From the NCBI GenBank assembly GCA_048270185.1, contig JBLWTJ010000002.1, positions 64,001-128,000 of the forward strand: a stretch of 64,000 bases of DNA, written 5' to 3'. Origin of the DNA: Bacteriovoracaceae bacterium (GTDB lineage Bacteria > Bdellovibrionota > Bacteriovoracia > Bacteriovoracales > Bacteriovoracaceae). The position numbers and the translations under genes are program-made. The notes beneath the pieces are model-generated. The model was not told where the DNA came from and searched no databases. It saw only the letters and a list, made by a program, of their open reading frames with translations. This document shows, one piece after another, positions 18,843 to 28,832 of the stretch (the stretch's first letter is position 1; every line of letters begins with the position of its first letter).

Positions 18843-19403
18843 CTACCCCAGAATTAAGTTTAACCATCTCTCATCACGATCAGGCCTCTTATCCTCGGTA
18901 ATCCAATCTTTCTCTATCCTCAGATTCGAAGGCAAAAACTCTTTAATCGTCTCAAGAGTTTGATCATTGAAGAAGCGACCATTCCTCTCCCCTTCATGCT
19001 CTCCATATTTGAAAGAACAGTAAAAGACCGCATCGTCATTCATAAGGTTTGATATTTTTAATAAGACATCTTTAAGTTCGTTTGAGGGCACATGTAACAG
19101 AGAAGCACATGCCCAGATTCCATCAAATTTAGAATCAAGACTTACTTCCTGAAGTGTTCCGAGATGAACAACACAACCACTGTGAGAACGAGCAAATTGC
19201 GCGAGTTTCTCACTTGGTTCAAGACCTATAGCTTCATATCCATGATCTTTAAAATACTTGAGATCTCGTCCCGGGCCACAGCCGATGTCTAAGATCAATC
19301 CGCCATCCTTTACGTTTTCGAGAAATGGTTTGTAAAGATGTGACAGGTCTAAATCTAGAGTTGAATCAATGAATTCTTGGTTATTCTTATCGTAGTAATT
19401 CAT
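18843..19403 (-). CDS. Class I SAM-dependent methyltransferase
   Basis: ILDIGCGPGRD, FDGIWACASLLHV. Confidence 0.92.
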   Translation of the reverse strand: MNYYDKNNQEFIDSTLDLDLSHLYKPFLENVKDGGLILDIGCGPGRDLKYFKDHGYEAIGLEPSEKLAQFARSHSGCVVHLGTLQEVSLDSKFDGIWACASLLHVPSNELKDVLLKISNLMNDDAVFYCSFKYGEHEGERNGRFFNDQTLETIKEFLPSNLRIEKDWITEDKRPDRDERWLNLILG

Positions 19404-19464
19404 AATACTAGATTACTCGAAATTTATAATCGCATCAAATCTATTTAGACGATATAATATCTCC

Positions 19465-20373
19465 ATGATCGAAGATTTTATCCAATGGTACGACAATATT
19501 AATAAGGCACGTGCAAAAGACTATTATGCGCCTCACAAGCCAATAACAATCCTATATGCACTTGTCAAAGCAGCGAAAAATGTACGCTGGATTGAATTCA
19601 ATAGAGATCGTGAAGAGCTTGAGTCTATTATTAGTGAGTTTACTAAGTATTCAACAAGGCCAAATTGTCTTCAGCCTCTTTGGCGACTTACAAATGACTC
19701 TAAAGCAATGCCTTATTGGACAACACAGCCTGCTAATATTGTTTTAAACAATAAAGGTGATATCCCTACTGGAACAGCAAAAGAGATTAATTTTAAAGCT
19801 GGCTTTAGTGACGAGATCTATAACAAGCTTAAAAATAATAAAGCTCACATACATGCTCTCATTCGCTATATAACTGAAGACAACTTCCCGGACAGTCTCC
19901 ATGAAACACTTTGGGAGCTACTTGGTGTCTTTGACCTAGAAGCTCAAGCTCCTTCAGAAGAAACTATCACGACAACAGTGACAAAAGTGAAGAGAGATCC
20001 AAAGTTTCCAAAACTTATTCTGTCCCTCTATGGTAACCAATGTGCTTGCTGTGGATTAAAGATTAACTTCAAAAATAACACCGCTCTATCAATGGAAGCT
20101 GCTCATATCAAGTGGAAAGCTCGCGGTGGAGACTGTAATGAGTACAATGGCCTAGCCCTATGTCCAACTCACCACTACACTTTTGATCGTGGTATCTGGA
20201 CACTTAACTCTGATTATAGAATTGAACTTAGTGACTCAATTTTAATTGACCGCAAAAATGACACTTTCTTTACACCCTATATTGGTAAATCTATTGGAAG
20301 GTTTATTCTAAATGAGGAGTTACTACCGAGTGCAGGGAATATTGAGTGGCATAGGAAGAATATTTTGAAATAA
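19465..20373 (+). CDS. SBD-HNH phosphorothioate-dependent restriction endonuclease (putative type IV)
   Basis: APHKP and PLWRL sulfur-binding-domain motifs; CACC..EAAHI..NGLALCPTHH..FDRG. Confidence 0.85.
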   Translation: MIEDFIQWYDNINKARAKDYYAPHKPITILYALVKAAKNVRWIEFNRDREELESIISEFTKYSTRPNCLQPLWRLTNDSKAMPYWTTQPANIVLNNKGDIPTGTAKEINFKAGFSDEIYNKLKNNKAHIHALIRYITEDNFPDSLHETLWELLGVFDLEAQAPSEETITTTVTKVKRDPKFPKLILSLYGNQCACCGLKINFKNNTALSMEAAHIKWKARGGDCNEYNGLALCPTHHYTFDRGIWTLNSDYRIELSDSILIDRKNDTFFTPYIGKSIGRFILNEELLPSAGNIEWHRKNILK

Positions 20374-20374
20374 T

Positions 20375-21403
20375 TTAGTTAAACTCATGAAGAAATGAGT
20401 CTCCTATTTTATGTATATGTACAGTCCTCTCATACCCAAGCCTTAATTCATGAACTTTAACAACGATACAATTAAACATAAGTCTAGCATCTATAATATT
20501 AAAGTGATGACAGGTGTTCTTTGCAAGAGGATTACTGCTTCGTATTTGATTGTAGTAACCTTCTAATATTTTAACTTGCAGCTTCTCAAATACCAAAAAC
20601 TGCAGCGGAGAATGCCAGCCAGACTGAATACAAGAACTCGTTAAAGATGATATCTGTTCCAAACTAGAGTCTACAACATAACTTCTCTCTATTTTTTCTA
20701 CATCTTTTCTTTTTCTAACCACTTTCTTAATTCTTATATAGCGCTTAGATAAGTCGGAATGCACTTCATACAAAATATCCTTTAGTCCGCCTCTGATTTT
20801 TGTCTTTTCTATAAAATTCACTTTAGAAACAGCATATAAATAGTGGTCCCCATGTATAACTGCCAAATAAAACACCTTGTTTGCTTCTTCCTCTTCTTCA
20901 CTTCTAAAATCAATGAAGATTGGTTTATTTGATTTTTTCCAGTTTCTAAGGACTCTTAGATTAAAATCCTTCAGATCAATCACTTTTTCTTTAAGTTGGC
21001 TACACACTATGCTTAGATCAGATTGACATCGACTTCCATCAACAATCCAGACCATATTATGATAAAACTTCTCTCTTGCATGAATCTCTTCCTCATCTAA
21101 TCGAGAATGTTGTATTTCTATAAAGAAACCATCTGGCCTTTTAACATCTGCTATATGCTTTTCGCCATTTGCATCGAAATGTACAACCTCTTGCCATTCT
21201 TCATCATAATGATTCTTCCAAGCTCTATGCCATTCACTTTCTCGTTCCCACCAATCATCACATTCGTTTTTTGCTTTATGAGCCCAATGCCAGGCCATAA
21301 TTTTTCCACATTTGGCTATGAGTTCAGATTTACAATAAGAACAAACTCCTTTTAGCTTCGGGAGCGCTTCAGATTTTATTCCATCAACAAGTCCGAATTT
21401 CAT
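20375..21403 (-). CDS. CoiA-like nuclease
   Basis: CSYC..AKCG..HWAH, ESEWHRAWK, HIADV, IEIQHS, WIVDG. Confidence 0.88.
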   Translation of the reverse strand: MKFGLVDGIKSEALPKLKGVCSYCKSELIAKCGKIMAWHWAHKAKNECDDWWERESEWHRAWKNHYDEEWQEVVHFDANGEKHIADVKRPDGFFIEIQHSRLDEEEIHAREKFYHNMVWIVDGSRCQSDLSIVCSQLKEKVIDLKDFNLRVLRNWKKSNKPIFIDFRSEEEEEANKVFYLAVIHGDHYLYAVSKVNFIEKTKIRGGLKDILYEVHSDLSKRYIRIKKVVRKRKDVEKIERSYVVDSSLEQISSLTSSCIQSGWHSPLQFLVFEKLQVKILEGYYNQIRSSNPLAKNTCHHFNIIDARLMFNCIVVKVHELRLGYERTVHIHKIGDSFLHEFN

Positions 21404-22050
21404 TATTCGCTCGTTTTTAAAACTTTTATTAGTCTTCGAGCTTTTCCAGACTTCTGAATAATATCCATTTTAGGCTCTTTATACCCTATTCTTCCTGCAA
21501 CACGCTCTAAAGTAAGATTTGTCTCACCCAACTCTAGATACTCATTACTTGAGTTTTTACTAGTGTGAATGACACTTATTTTCACAAAATCTTTCTGACT
21601 ATCTACTTCGACAATATGATCGAGCTTTATATCTACTATCTGTTTAAAGATAGAATTCCATCGTTTACTATTTTCAATATAAAATTGTGTAAAAGATTTA
21701 TAATTTCGAAACGGAGGATAATTACTTTTATATAAAGAGAAATCCGAGAATAATGCGGTATAAAATGGTTCACCTAACTTATAACTATCAGGTAGTGAAT
21801 CTGAAATACATTGTAGATCATCTCTACGATTATTGATCTCAGAATCATCAATCATGACTATGATATCGGCTTCTTCTAGTCGACTTATAGGAAACCGTAC
21901 ATCTGCAAGCATCGAGTTTTTTGACTTATAACCAAAATACGCCGCCACTAGCTCATGAGCATGAGCTGCTTTTAACTTAATATCGTAATTTTCTTTAGTG
22001 AATGAGCGCAGTGAATCTGCACATTTTTTTGAAATCTCTTGAATAGACAT
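21403..22050 (-). CDS. Hypothetical protein with Glyoxalase_8-like N-terminal motif
   Basis: KLKAAHAHELVAAYFGYKS; SD GGAG before ATG 22050. Confidence 0.6.
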   Translation of the reverse strand: MSIQEISKKCADSLRSFTKENYDIKLKAAHAHELVAAYFGYKSKNSMLADVRFPISRLEEADIIVMIDDSEINNRRDDLQCISDSLPDSYKLGEPFYTALFSDFSLYKSNYPPFRNYKSFTQFYIENSKRWNSIFKQIVDIKLDHIVEVDSQKDFVKISVIHTSKNSSNEYLELGETNLTLERVAGRIGYKEPKMDIIQKSGKARRLIKVLKTSE

Positions 22051-22286
22051 CTTAAACTCCATTAAACGAGCTGGACTTAAATTTAGTTGTTATGTGCGTT
22101 CAATACAACTAAGCCAGCAATTTAATAAAGTATAAAAGTGCTTCTTAGAGTTTATATAACTATCGTCTTTTCGGGCGCACACACCTGAGGCAAATCGACT
22201 CCTTGGATCAAGGTATCTGATTCATATAAGATGAGCAAGTTAATTTTTTACTAACCGCTAGTACATATAATGGTGGACGTTCGACA

Positions 22287-22745
22287 ATGCTAGACGAACT
22301 CTGCGACTACGCGAATTATGTGCCTGTTATCATTACTCATTTCTTCAACAAACCCATTCAAAATTCGGAACTTTTGCGGAAACTGTACTTAGAAAAAGAC
22401 CTTTCTAGCTATGAAATTTCAAAATTAACAGGCTGGCCTCGCTCTTCAATAAGTGATGCAACTCGTGCCCTTGGATTCAAAAAAGAAGAAGTGAAAGCAC
22501 CTACTCTTCGCTTCGGTGAAAAGCTTATTGGGACTACGCGTGTAGTTCATAAAGGAGAACAAAAGGTAATTGAAAAGATGATTTCCCTTCGAGAGAAAGG
22601 TTATTCATTCAAGCGAATCTCTGAATACTTAAACGATAAAAACATACCAACTAAACTCGGAGGGTCATGGTACCCATCTACAGTAAAAGACATTGTTAAG
22701 CGAGAGCTTAAGAAAAGGGAGGCATATCATGCGTGCGATAATTGA
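22287..22745 (+). CDS. Serine-recombinase DNA-binding (recombinase) domain only, with no catalytic domain
   Basis: EQKVIEKMISLREKGYSFKRISEYLN..IPTKLGGSW..STV. Confidence 0.75.
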   Translation: MLDELCDYANYVPVIITHFFNKPIQNSELLRKLYLEKDLSSYEISKLTGWPRSSISDATRALGFKKEEVKAPTLRFGEKLIGTTRVVHKGEQKVIEKMISLREKGYSFKRISEYLNDKNIPTKLGGSWYPSTVKDIVKRELKKREAYHACDN

Positions 22746-22893
22746 GATAATTCTTGCGATAATTTTTACAGTGATTTCAGGAACCACGGTTTTGAATCTT
22801 TCAAGTAAGGCCATAAAAAAGGAAGCCATCATTAAAGTTCATATGGGACTTCCTTCGTTAGAGAGCTTTACTAAAAAGATGACGAAGAAATAG
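22729..22893 (+). CDS. Small single-TM hypothetical protein
   Basis: GGAGG SD; MRAIIEIILAIIFTVISG. Confidence 0.55.
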   Translation: MRAIIEIILAIIFTVISGTTVLNLSSKAIKKEAIIKVHMGLPSLESFTKKMTKK

Positions 22894-22902
22894 CCTCAAA
22901 AG

Positions 22903-23316
22903 CTAAAGGATCAGTGTGTTTTCTTTATTTGATGACATCTTCATTAAAGAGACTGAAATAAATATCCAAAAAACAGTGCGGACAGTCATTGCACCAACGG
23001 TTCTCATTTCATAGGGATTTCCTAAGAATATATGAACACCAAAGGCTATAAATACTAATAATGTTAATGTTGCTAAAGCAGAGGATAACTTTAAAGCCCA
23101 CTTGGTTCTTAAGCTGATACCTATTCCAGATATTACATAGAAAAATCCTGCAATAAAATTAAACCAGAGTACAAATGGGACATACTTACCAGCAAATTCT
23201 TTTCCATCTATACCACCAAAAAGAGCAAATCCCCCAGACTTTATCGTCATAACTCCAAATCCTATAGCCAGTAGGCCAAGAATTAAGACGATAATTTTTT
23301 CTCGTTTATGATTCAC
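22903..23316 (-). CDS. 4-TM hypothetical membrane protein
   Basis: YVPFVLWFNFIAGFFY..YEMRTVGAMTVR; coupled to the upstream operon. Confidence 0.8.
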   Translation of the reverse strand: MNHKREKIIVLILGLLAIGFGVMTIKSGGFALFGGIDGKEFAGKYVPFVLWFNFIAGFFYVISGIGISLRTKWALKLSSALATLTLLVFIAFGVHIFLGNPYEMRTVGAMTVRTVFWIFISVSLMKMSSNKENTLIL

Positions 23317-23588
23317 TTTAAAAACTCCACATGAAATTCAACATCACCCAAGGGCTCTATATGATGAGGAACTTGAGGCTCAACAACTCCAAATTTTTCA
23401 GGTGTTAGCTCAATAGCCTCTTGTGGTTCTGTCTCTATTGTATATAGTAATTTCCCTTTGGAGACACAAATTTTTCCCCATGTACCTTCTTTTGTTGTAT
23501 GCGCCTTTAGCAGCCCAGCGGGGACAGTTTTTTCATTAAAGTCAGGGGTGCGTTTATATACGCTTACATTTTCGGGTAGTTTCTTCAT
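23313..23588 (-). CDS. DUF1971 (TehB N-terminal cupin-like) protein
   Basis: YKRTPDF..TVPAGLLKAHTTKEGTWGKI. Confidence 0.88.
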   Translation of the reverse strand: MKKLPENVSVYKRTPDFNEKTVPAGLLKAHTTKEGTWGKICVSKGKLLYTIETEPQEAIELTPEKFGVVEPQVPHHIEPLGDVEFHVEFLK

Positions 23589-23591
23589 ATC

Positions 23592-26500
23592 TTACTCCAT
23601 ATAGGTTTTTAAATATTCATCTGTTTTTCCAACAGTAAAATATAAATTAAGAGCTGTTATTTCATTTAAATAGTTTAGAGCTATAACTTGTAATGAACTT
23701 CGATCAAAGGTCTCTTGTAGCTTTACATAGTCTAATGTCGTAATCCTTCCGTTTTTAAACCTTTTATTTTCAGCTTTCAAAATACTAAGCTGCTGCTTTT
23801 TCATTTTTTCAAGGAATACGATCTGTTCTTTATTGGACTTTACTTTTTCTTTTAAAGTCTTAACTCCCTTAACAAGCTGAAGCTTTGTTTTATCTCTCCT
23901 ATAGTCGGCTTGCCTCTTACGACTCATCGCTGTCGCTTTAGCAGAATCGTTTTTCTTGGTTCCTAAGTCAAAGTCCCAAGTGATACCAGCAAACACCTCA
24001 TACTTATCTTGTGTGTTTTCACTAATTGAGTTGCTGAGGTCATCACCACGTCCAAAGCTCTTTAAAGACACAAAGAAATCGACATTTGATTTAGATTTTT
24101 CATTTTCAACTAAAACTAACTCATTAAAAAGTTCACTATTGTTTTGCATTTGTTTAAATGTAAGACCTGATTCTACTAAATTAAGTTCAGAATTATTGTT
24201 GCTGTTTAGAAGTGAACTTGATGCTTTCATTTTATCATTTTCGATTAGAACAGAAGATTCTAATTCTAAAACACTTTCTAAGCTTAATTTTTCCGTTCTT
24301 ATCCTTGACTCTAAATCTTTTAAAATTTTCTCACGACTGGTAATTTCAACCTCAGAGGTCAAGAACTCGGCTCTGCTAATAATTCCTGATTTCTTTTTCG
24401 TTACGTTTAACTTATGTAGTTCTTTAAATCTAGCAAGTGAGTTCTGAGCAATAATTCGCTCTTCTTCTAACTTAACAATAGACCAATAATACTTTACGGC
24501 TTCTATAATTAGCTTGTCTTTTAAAGACTTACTTTGAAGATTTTGAGTTTCCTTTTTTAAAACTGCAGCGTTTTTGTTTAAGTGATACTCCTGACTACCA
24601 AAATTTCGCCAAAGAGGAACTGCAAGAGTGGCCTTATATACACTATCCATAGCATCAAGACTAAATTGATTATTTGTCGGTACAGTTCCAAGCTCTTTAT
24701 CCTCAAACCCAACACCCAATCCAAGCTGAACACCAAATGAAGTCATTTTTTCATAATCAATACTAAGCCCGTATCCCTCTCTTTCTGAATCAAGAGAAAT
24801 TGGTGGGTTGGGATAGTTCACTGAGGAATACTTGAAAAGTTTTGATTTTAGTTTTGAATCAAGCATTCCATCAACAGCGTCAATGTCAAATTCTGACTGA
24901 CTCACAGACTCATTTTGAATTTTAAATTCATTGGTGTTTTCGACAAGCTCTACAATCCTTTTAATATTTATTTTTTCTTCAGCTTTAACATCTTGCGTAT
25001 GGAAACCGATTAATAAAGGAATTAATAAAACTGATAAATGTGCTGCCTTTTTGTTACCTTTAAATTTTTTTATAAAGTTCCCTATGTCATTACCAATAAC
25101 ATACATATTTGGCATAAAAATAAGAACGACTGTTGTTCCAAACAAAAGTCCATACAATATCGCCAATGATAGTGGAGACAACAGAGGATCATAACCTCCA
25201 ATAGCGTAGCCCGTTGGGGCCACCGCGAGAATTGTGCTTACTGTAGTCAGAGAAATTGGACGAAGCCGTTCTTTGGCTCCTTGAATAAGAATCTCCTTGG
25301 AGAACTTACCATTTTCTTTGAGAAGTTGACTTATGTGGTCTACGAGAACAATTGAATCATTAACCACAATTCCTGAAAGTCCAATTAGTCCGATTCCTGC
25401 AAACATTGAAATAGGTAAACCATGAGCAAAAAAGGATAAAAATATTCCAACGACTCCAAAAGGGATTACAGTCAAAATCAAAAAGGGTTTTGCATAAGAA
25501 TCAAACATCAAGCTCAAGATAAAATAGATTCCAACAATCGCAAGTAACGCTGCAATTTTTAGTCCTGAGAATATTTTTTCTTCTTCTACTGGTCGACCAC
25601 TTATTGTGTATTTTACGTTTTTATCCTTAACAAATTTTTCATTGAATTGCCCAAGCATTTCAACTGCTGTAATTTTCTGAGTATTTATATTTCCTGTAAT
25701 AGATGTTGAACGCTGACCATTAAAGTGCTTTATTTCTGCAAAGGATGGTCTTTGCTCATACTCAATCATTGTATTTAGCTTTATAAGCTGACCACGTTTA
25801 TTTGCTATTGGAAGGTTAGAAACAAAATCAAAATCACCCCTCGATTTTTTATTCAACCTTAATCGAAAATCATAAGTATTATTAATTGACGAATAATCTG
25901 TAACAACTTGGCCATCAAAAGCAATTCTTAAAGTTCTGATAATATCTGCTGGTGTTAAGCCTGCTTGTGCAACTTTTTTATAATTAAGTCTTAGGTTAAT
26001 TTCGTCTTTTCCTTCTATTTGATCGTCTTTCACATCTGAAAGCCCCTCAATTGTCTTTAGAAAGTTGGCAACTTTTAAAGATGAGCTTGCACGATTTTCA
26101 TTATTATTAGAAGAAACGATAATTTCAAATGGCTCACCAAGTGGGGGGCCAATTCTCATCAGATCGAATTCTAAATCATATCCTTTTTCTGTATAAAGTT
26201 TATAATGCCTATCTCGAAGCTCATTTACAATTTCTTGAGCCGTTCTGTTTCGTTCACTATATGGTGTTAAATAAACCATAAAGGCGACTAAATTTTCTTC
26301 GGTTCCCAAGTTTGTGAGAGAACTCAAACTGTGTGTACCAATTCTAGTCGTATAGCCTACAAGTTCGCTCTTTTTTAGATTTTGGATACTCTTTTCTAAT
26401 CCGCTGATTATTTCTTCAACTTTTTCAGGTGCATATCCTTTTTTAAGGATCGCTTTTATTGTAAACCCTTCTGAGGCCTCTTGAGGAAATGAGTCTTTTC

Positions 26501-28118
26501 TAACTTTGGTAGCTCCGATAAATACGCTAAAGCCAAGTATTAAAAGAAAGCCAAGCATCACAAAGTAACGAAAATCAATGAGCCTGCGAAGCATTTTTTC
26601 ATAGAGGTTTTCCCAGATTATAACAACCTTGCTTTTTTGGTATTGTCCTCGTTTACTAGCTCCGTGTGCTAAGTGAGCAGGGAGTAATAAATAGCAATCT
26701 ATTAAGGAAACAAATAGGGCCATCATAACAACCGTTGGCATTTGCCATATGAACTTCCCCGGAAGCCCACCAAGAGACAAAAGAGGCATGAATGCTGTAA
26801 TGGTCGTTAGTGAAGCTGCTAAAACTGGTCGCCAAAGCCTTCCAACAGCATTACTGGCCGCTTCCTCTGGGGATTGCCCATCTTCGATATTTACATCAAA
26901 TCTTTCACTTATCACCATAGCATCATCAACAATCATCCCAAGAACGATTACAAATGCCCCCATTGAAACTGAGTTTAGAGTCATTCCCATAGGAACAAAC
27001 ATAATCATGCTTCCAAAGACCGTGAAAGGAATTCCAAAAGCAGTCCAAAAGGCTGGCTTTCCACCAAGAAAGTAAAAAAGTAGTATTAAAACTAGAGTAA
27101 ACCCTATCAAGCCATTATTTTTAAGAAGTGAAAATTTACTTCTAGCATTATCAGAAACATCATTATTTAGCTTATAAGATACTCCATCGGGGAGTTCTTT
27201 ATTTTGTAAAAACTCTTTAATTTTATCAGAGACTTTCAATTGATCTACGCCGCTTCTGATGGCCACTAATATTGAAGCTCCGCGATTTCCATTGTTACGA
27301 ACAATGAGTTTTTCATCTTTTGGTCTATAGTTGATTTCAGCAACATCACTTAAATAAACACCTTGCCCGTCGGGAGACATTCTAATTACAGTATTTAAAA
27401 CATCTTCTGCTTTTTCGTATTTATTGAAAGAAACAATCTTTTTTTGAGACAAAAAAGATTCCAATGTTCCACCAGTTCCTACTTGATTTCTAGTATTGAT
27501 GGCAAAATATATTGAATTGAGATCAATTTCTTTTTCTTGGGCCTTCTGCGCATCTACTTCAATATGAATTTCTTCATCGGGCAGTCCAACCAAAGTAACA
27601 TTTGAGACACCTGATACTTTACGAAGATCATTTTCTATTTCATGTAAGGCATTTTTTAAGTGGTTATAATCTCCAGCAAAGGCAATCTCCATTATTGGGC
27701 GATCTTCTGTAGTGACACTGGTAATAATGGGTTGTCCTTCAATATCTGACGGAAAATCATCAATTTTGTCTACTTCAGTTTGTATGTCTGACAAAAGGTC
27801 TTTAAATTGAAGCTCGTTGAGATTATCGTCTGCGAATATTGTTACCCTCGAAACGCTTTCAATTGAACTTGAACGATATTCTTTAATATTTCCAATTTCA
27901 GCAATCTTCTCCTCTAACTTCGCTGTGACATTCAATTCAACATCTTTTGCCGATGCTCCCGGGTACTTAGTCACAATAACAACCTGGTTCATTGAAACCC
28001 CAGGAAAAGCTTCTTTAGGAACTTTGTATATAAAGTAACCACCAATAATAAAATTGAGTGCCAGAATAAAGTTCACCAATATTGGTCTTTTTATAAAATA
28101 AAGGGTTAAATTTTTCAT
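23592..28118 (-). CDS. RND efflux permease fused to a TolC-family outer-membrane factor
   Basis: YPGASAKDVE, GMIVDDA, GIVVNDSIV, RLRPISLT; last ~460 aa OMF-like (LAVPLWRN, AVKYYW, RFKNGRITTLD). Confidence 0.9.
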   Translation of the reverse strand: MKNLTLYFIKRPILVNFILALNFIIGGYFIYKVPKEAFPGVSMNQVVIVTKYPGASAKDVELNVTAKLEEKIAEIGNIKEYRSSSIESVSRVTIFADDNLNELQFKDLLSDIQTEVDKIDDFPSDIEGQPIITSVTTEDRPIMEIAFAGDYNHLKNALHEIENDLRKVSGVSNVTLVGLPDEEIHIEVDAQKAQEKEIDLNSIYFAINTRNQVGTGGTLESFLSQKKIVSFNKYEKAEDVLNTVIRMSPDGQGVYLSDVAEINYRPKDEKLIVRNNGNRGASILVAIRSGVDQLKVSDKIKEFLQNKELPDGVSYKLNNDVSDNARSKFSLLKNNGLIGFTLVLILLFYFLGGKPAFWTAFGIPFTVFGSMIMFVPMGMTLNSVSMGAFVIVLGMIVDDAMVISERFDVNIEDGQSPEEAASNAVGRLWRPVLAASLTTITAFMPLLSLGGLPGKFIWQMPTVVMMALFVSLIDCYLLLPAHLAHGASKRGQYQKSKVVIIWENLYEKMLRRLIDFRYFVMLGFLLILGFSVFIGATKVRKDSFPQEASEGFTIKAILKKGYAPEKVEEIISGLEKSIQNLKKSELVGYTTRIGTHSLSSLTNLGTEENLVAFMVYLTPYSERNRTAQEIVNELRDRHYKLYTEKGYDLEFDLMRIGPPLGEPFEIIVSSNNNENRASSSLKVANFLKTIEGLSDVKDDQIEGKDEINLRLNYKKVAQAGLTPADIIRTLRIAFDGQVVTDYSSINNTYDFRLRLNKKSRGDFDFVSNLPIANKRGQLIKLNTMIEYEQRPSFAEIKHFNGQRSTSITGNINTQKITAVEMLGQFNEKFVKDKNVKYTISGRPVEEEKIFSGLKIAALLAIVGIYFILSLMFDSYAKPFLILTVIPFGVVGIFLSFFAHGLPISMFAGIGLIGLSGIVVNDSIVLVDHISQLLKENGKFSKEILIQGAKERLRPISLTTVSTILAVAPTGYAIGGYDPLLSPLSLAILYGLLFGTTVVLIFMPNMYVIGNDIGNFIKKFKGNKKAAHLSVLLIPLLIGFHTQDVKAEEKINIKRIVELVENTNEFKIQNESVSQSEFDIDAVDGMLDSKLKSKLFKYSSVNYPNPPISLDSEREGYGLSIDYEKMTSFGVQLGLGVGFEDKELGTVPTNNQFSLDAMDSVYKATLAVPLWRNFGSQEYHLNKNAAVLKKETQNLQSKSLKDKLIIEAVKYYWSIVKLEEERIIAQNSLARFKELHKLNVTKKKSGIISRAEFLTSEVEITSREKILKDLESRIRTEKLSLESVLELESSVLIENDKMKASSSLLNSNNNSELNLVESGLTFKQMQNNSELFNELVLVENEKSKSNVDFFVSLKSFGRGDDLSNSISENTQDKYEVFAGITWDFDLGTKKNDSAKATAMSRKRQADYRRDKTKLQLVKGVKTLKEKVKSNKEQIVFLEKMKKQQLSILKAENKRFKNGRITTLDYVKLQETFDRSSLQVIALNYLNEITALNLYFTVGKTDEYLKTYME

Positions 28119-28747
28119 TAATCCACCTTCTTAATTCCTTGAATCACAATCTTCACTCTTTGCTCTATGGCCTCGTCTGTCGTAAGTTTTTTAGTTATTG
28201 CTTTCAGTCCGACATCGAAGACTTTATTTACTCCCAATTGGCCTAGGACTTCAGGTATTAAATTAGAAAGACCAATACTTCCTGCAATCTGCGTTAGAAT
28301 TAAAGGAATGGGAGCATCAATGATTTCACCTGATTTCTGGCAAGACCTTAGAGTTTTTACCAGAATCATAAAGTGCTTTCTCATCTTAGATTTAGCGAAC
28401 TTTTGAACGGCCTTTTCACCATTCAAAATATCATTGAGTAAAACTAGAATCAGGTGTCTGTTATCCCGAGCAAACTTGCCCATTAATGTCAATTGAAGCT
28501 CTAGGGTGCTAAGCTTTGATTCAGCTTCGACTAGCTCAAAGTCGGCTAAAAAGCTTTCGTATATATCCATTAGGATTTTTTCAATAAACTTATCTTTACT
28601 ACCAAAATGGTAGTTAAACATTCCAAGGTTAACCCCGGCCTTATCGCAGACTTCACGGACGCTAAAATTAGATGCTCCCTTTTTAATTAAGAGCTTACGT
28701 CCTTGGTCAAAAAGTTTTTTATCCGTATGGGTAGATTTTCTAGACAT
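28118..28747 (-). CDS. TetR/AcrR-family regulator
   Basis: SVREVCDKAGVNLGMFNYHFGSKD. Confidence 0.95.
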   Translation of the reverse strand: MSRKSTHTDKKLFDQGRKLLIKKGASNFSVREVCDKAGVNLGMFNYHFGSKDKFIEKILMDIYESFLADFELVEAESKLSTLELQLTLMGKFARDNRHLILVLLNDILNGEKAVQKFAKSKMRKHFMILVKTLRSCQKSGEIIDAPIPLILTQIAGSIGLSNLIPEVLGQLGVNKVFDVGLKAITKKLTTDEAIEQRVKIVIQGIKKVD

Positions 28748-28767
28748 CTATTTTCCTCATTGACTTT

Positions 28768-28799
28768 ATTACACACTTGTATAATTATACGACCGTATA
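28768..28799. promoter_or_regulatory. Putative TetR operator pair
   Basis: TATACG-AC-CGTATA palindrome plus adjacent similar TACACA-CT-TGTATA in the divergent intergenic region. Confidence 0.5.
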
Positions 28800-28832
28800 G
28801 TAACTAATGCAATAATAAAAACTGGAGATGAT

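Noticed and set aside
22270..22277. ATGGTGGA as a third tmRNA att copy
   Set aside because: An 8-bp match is expected by chance; only its position is suggestive.
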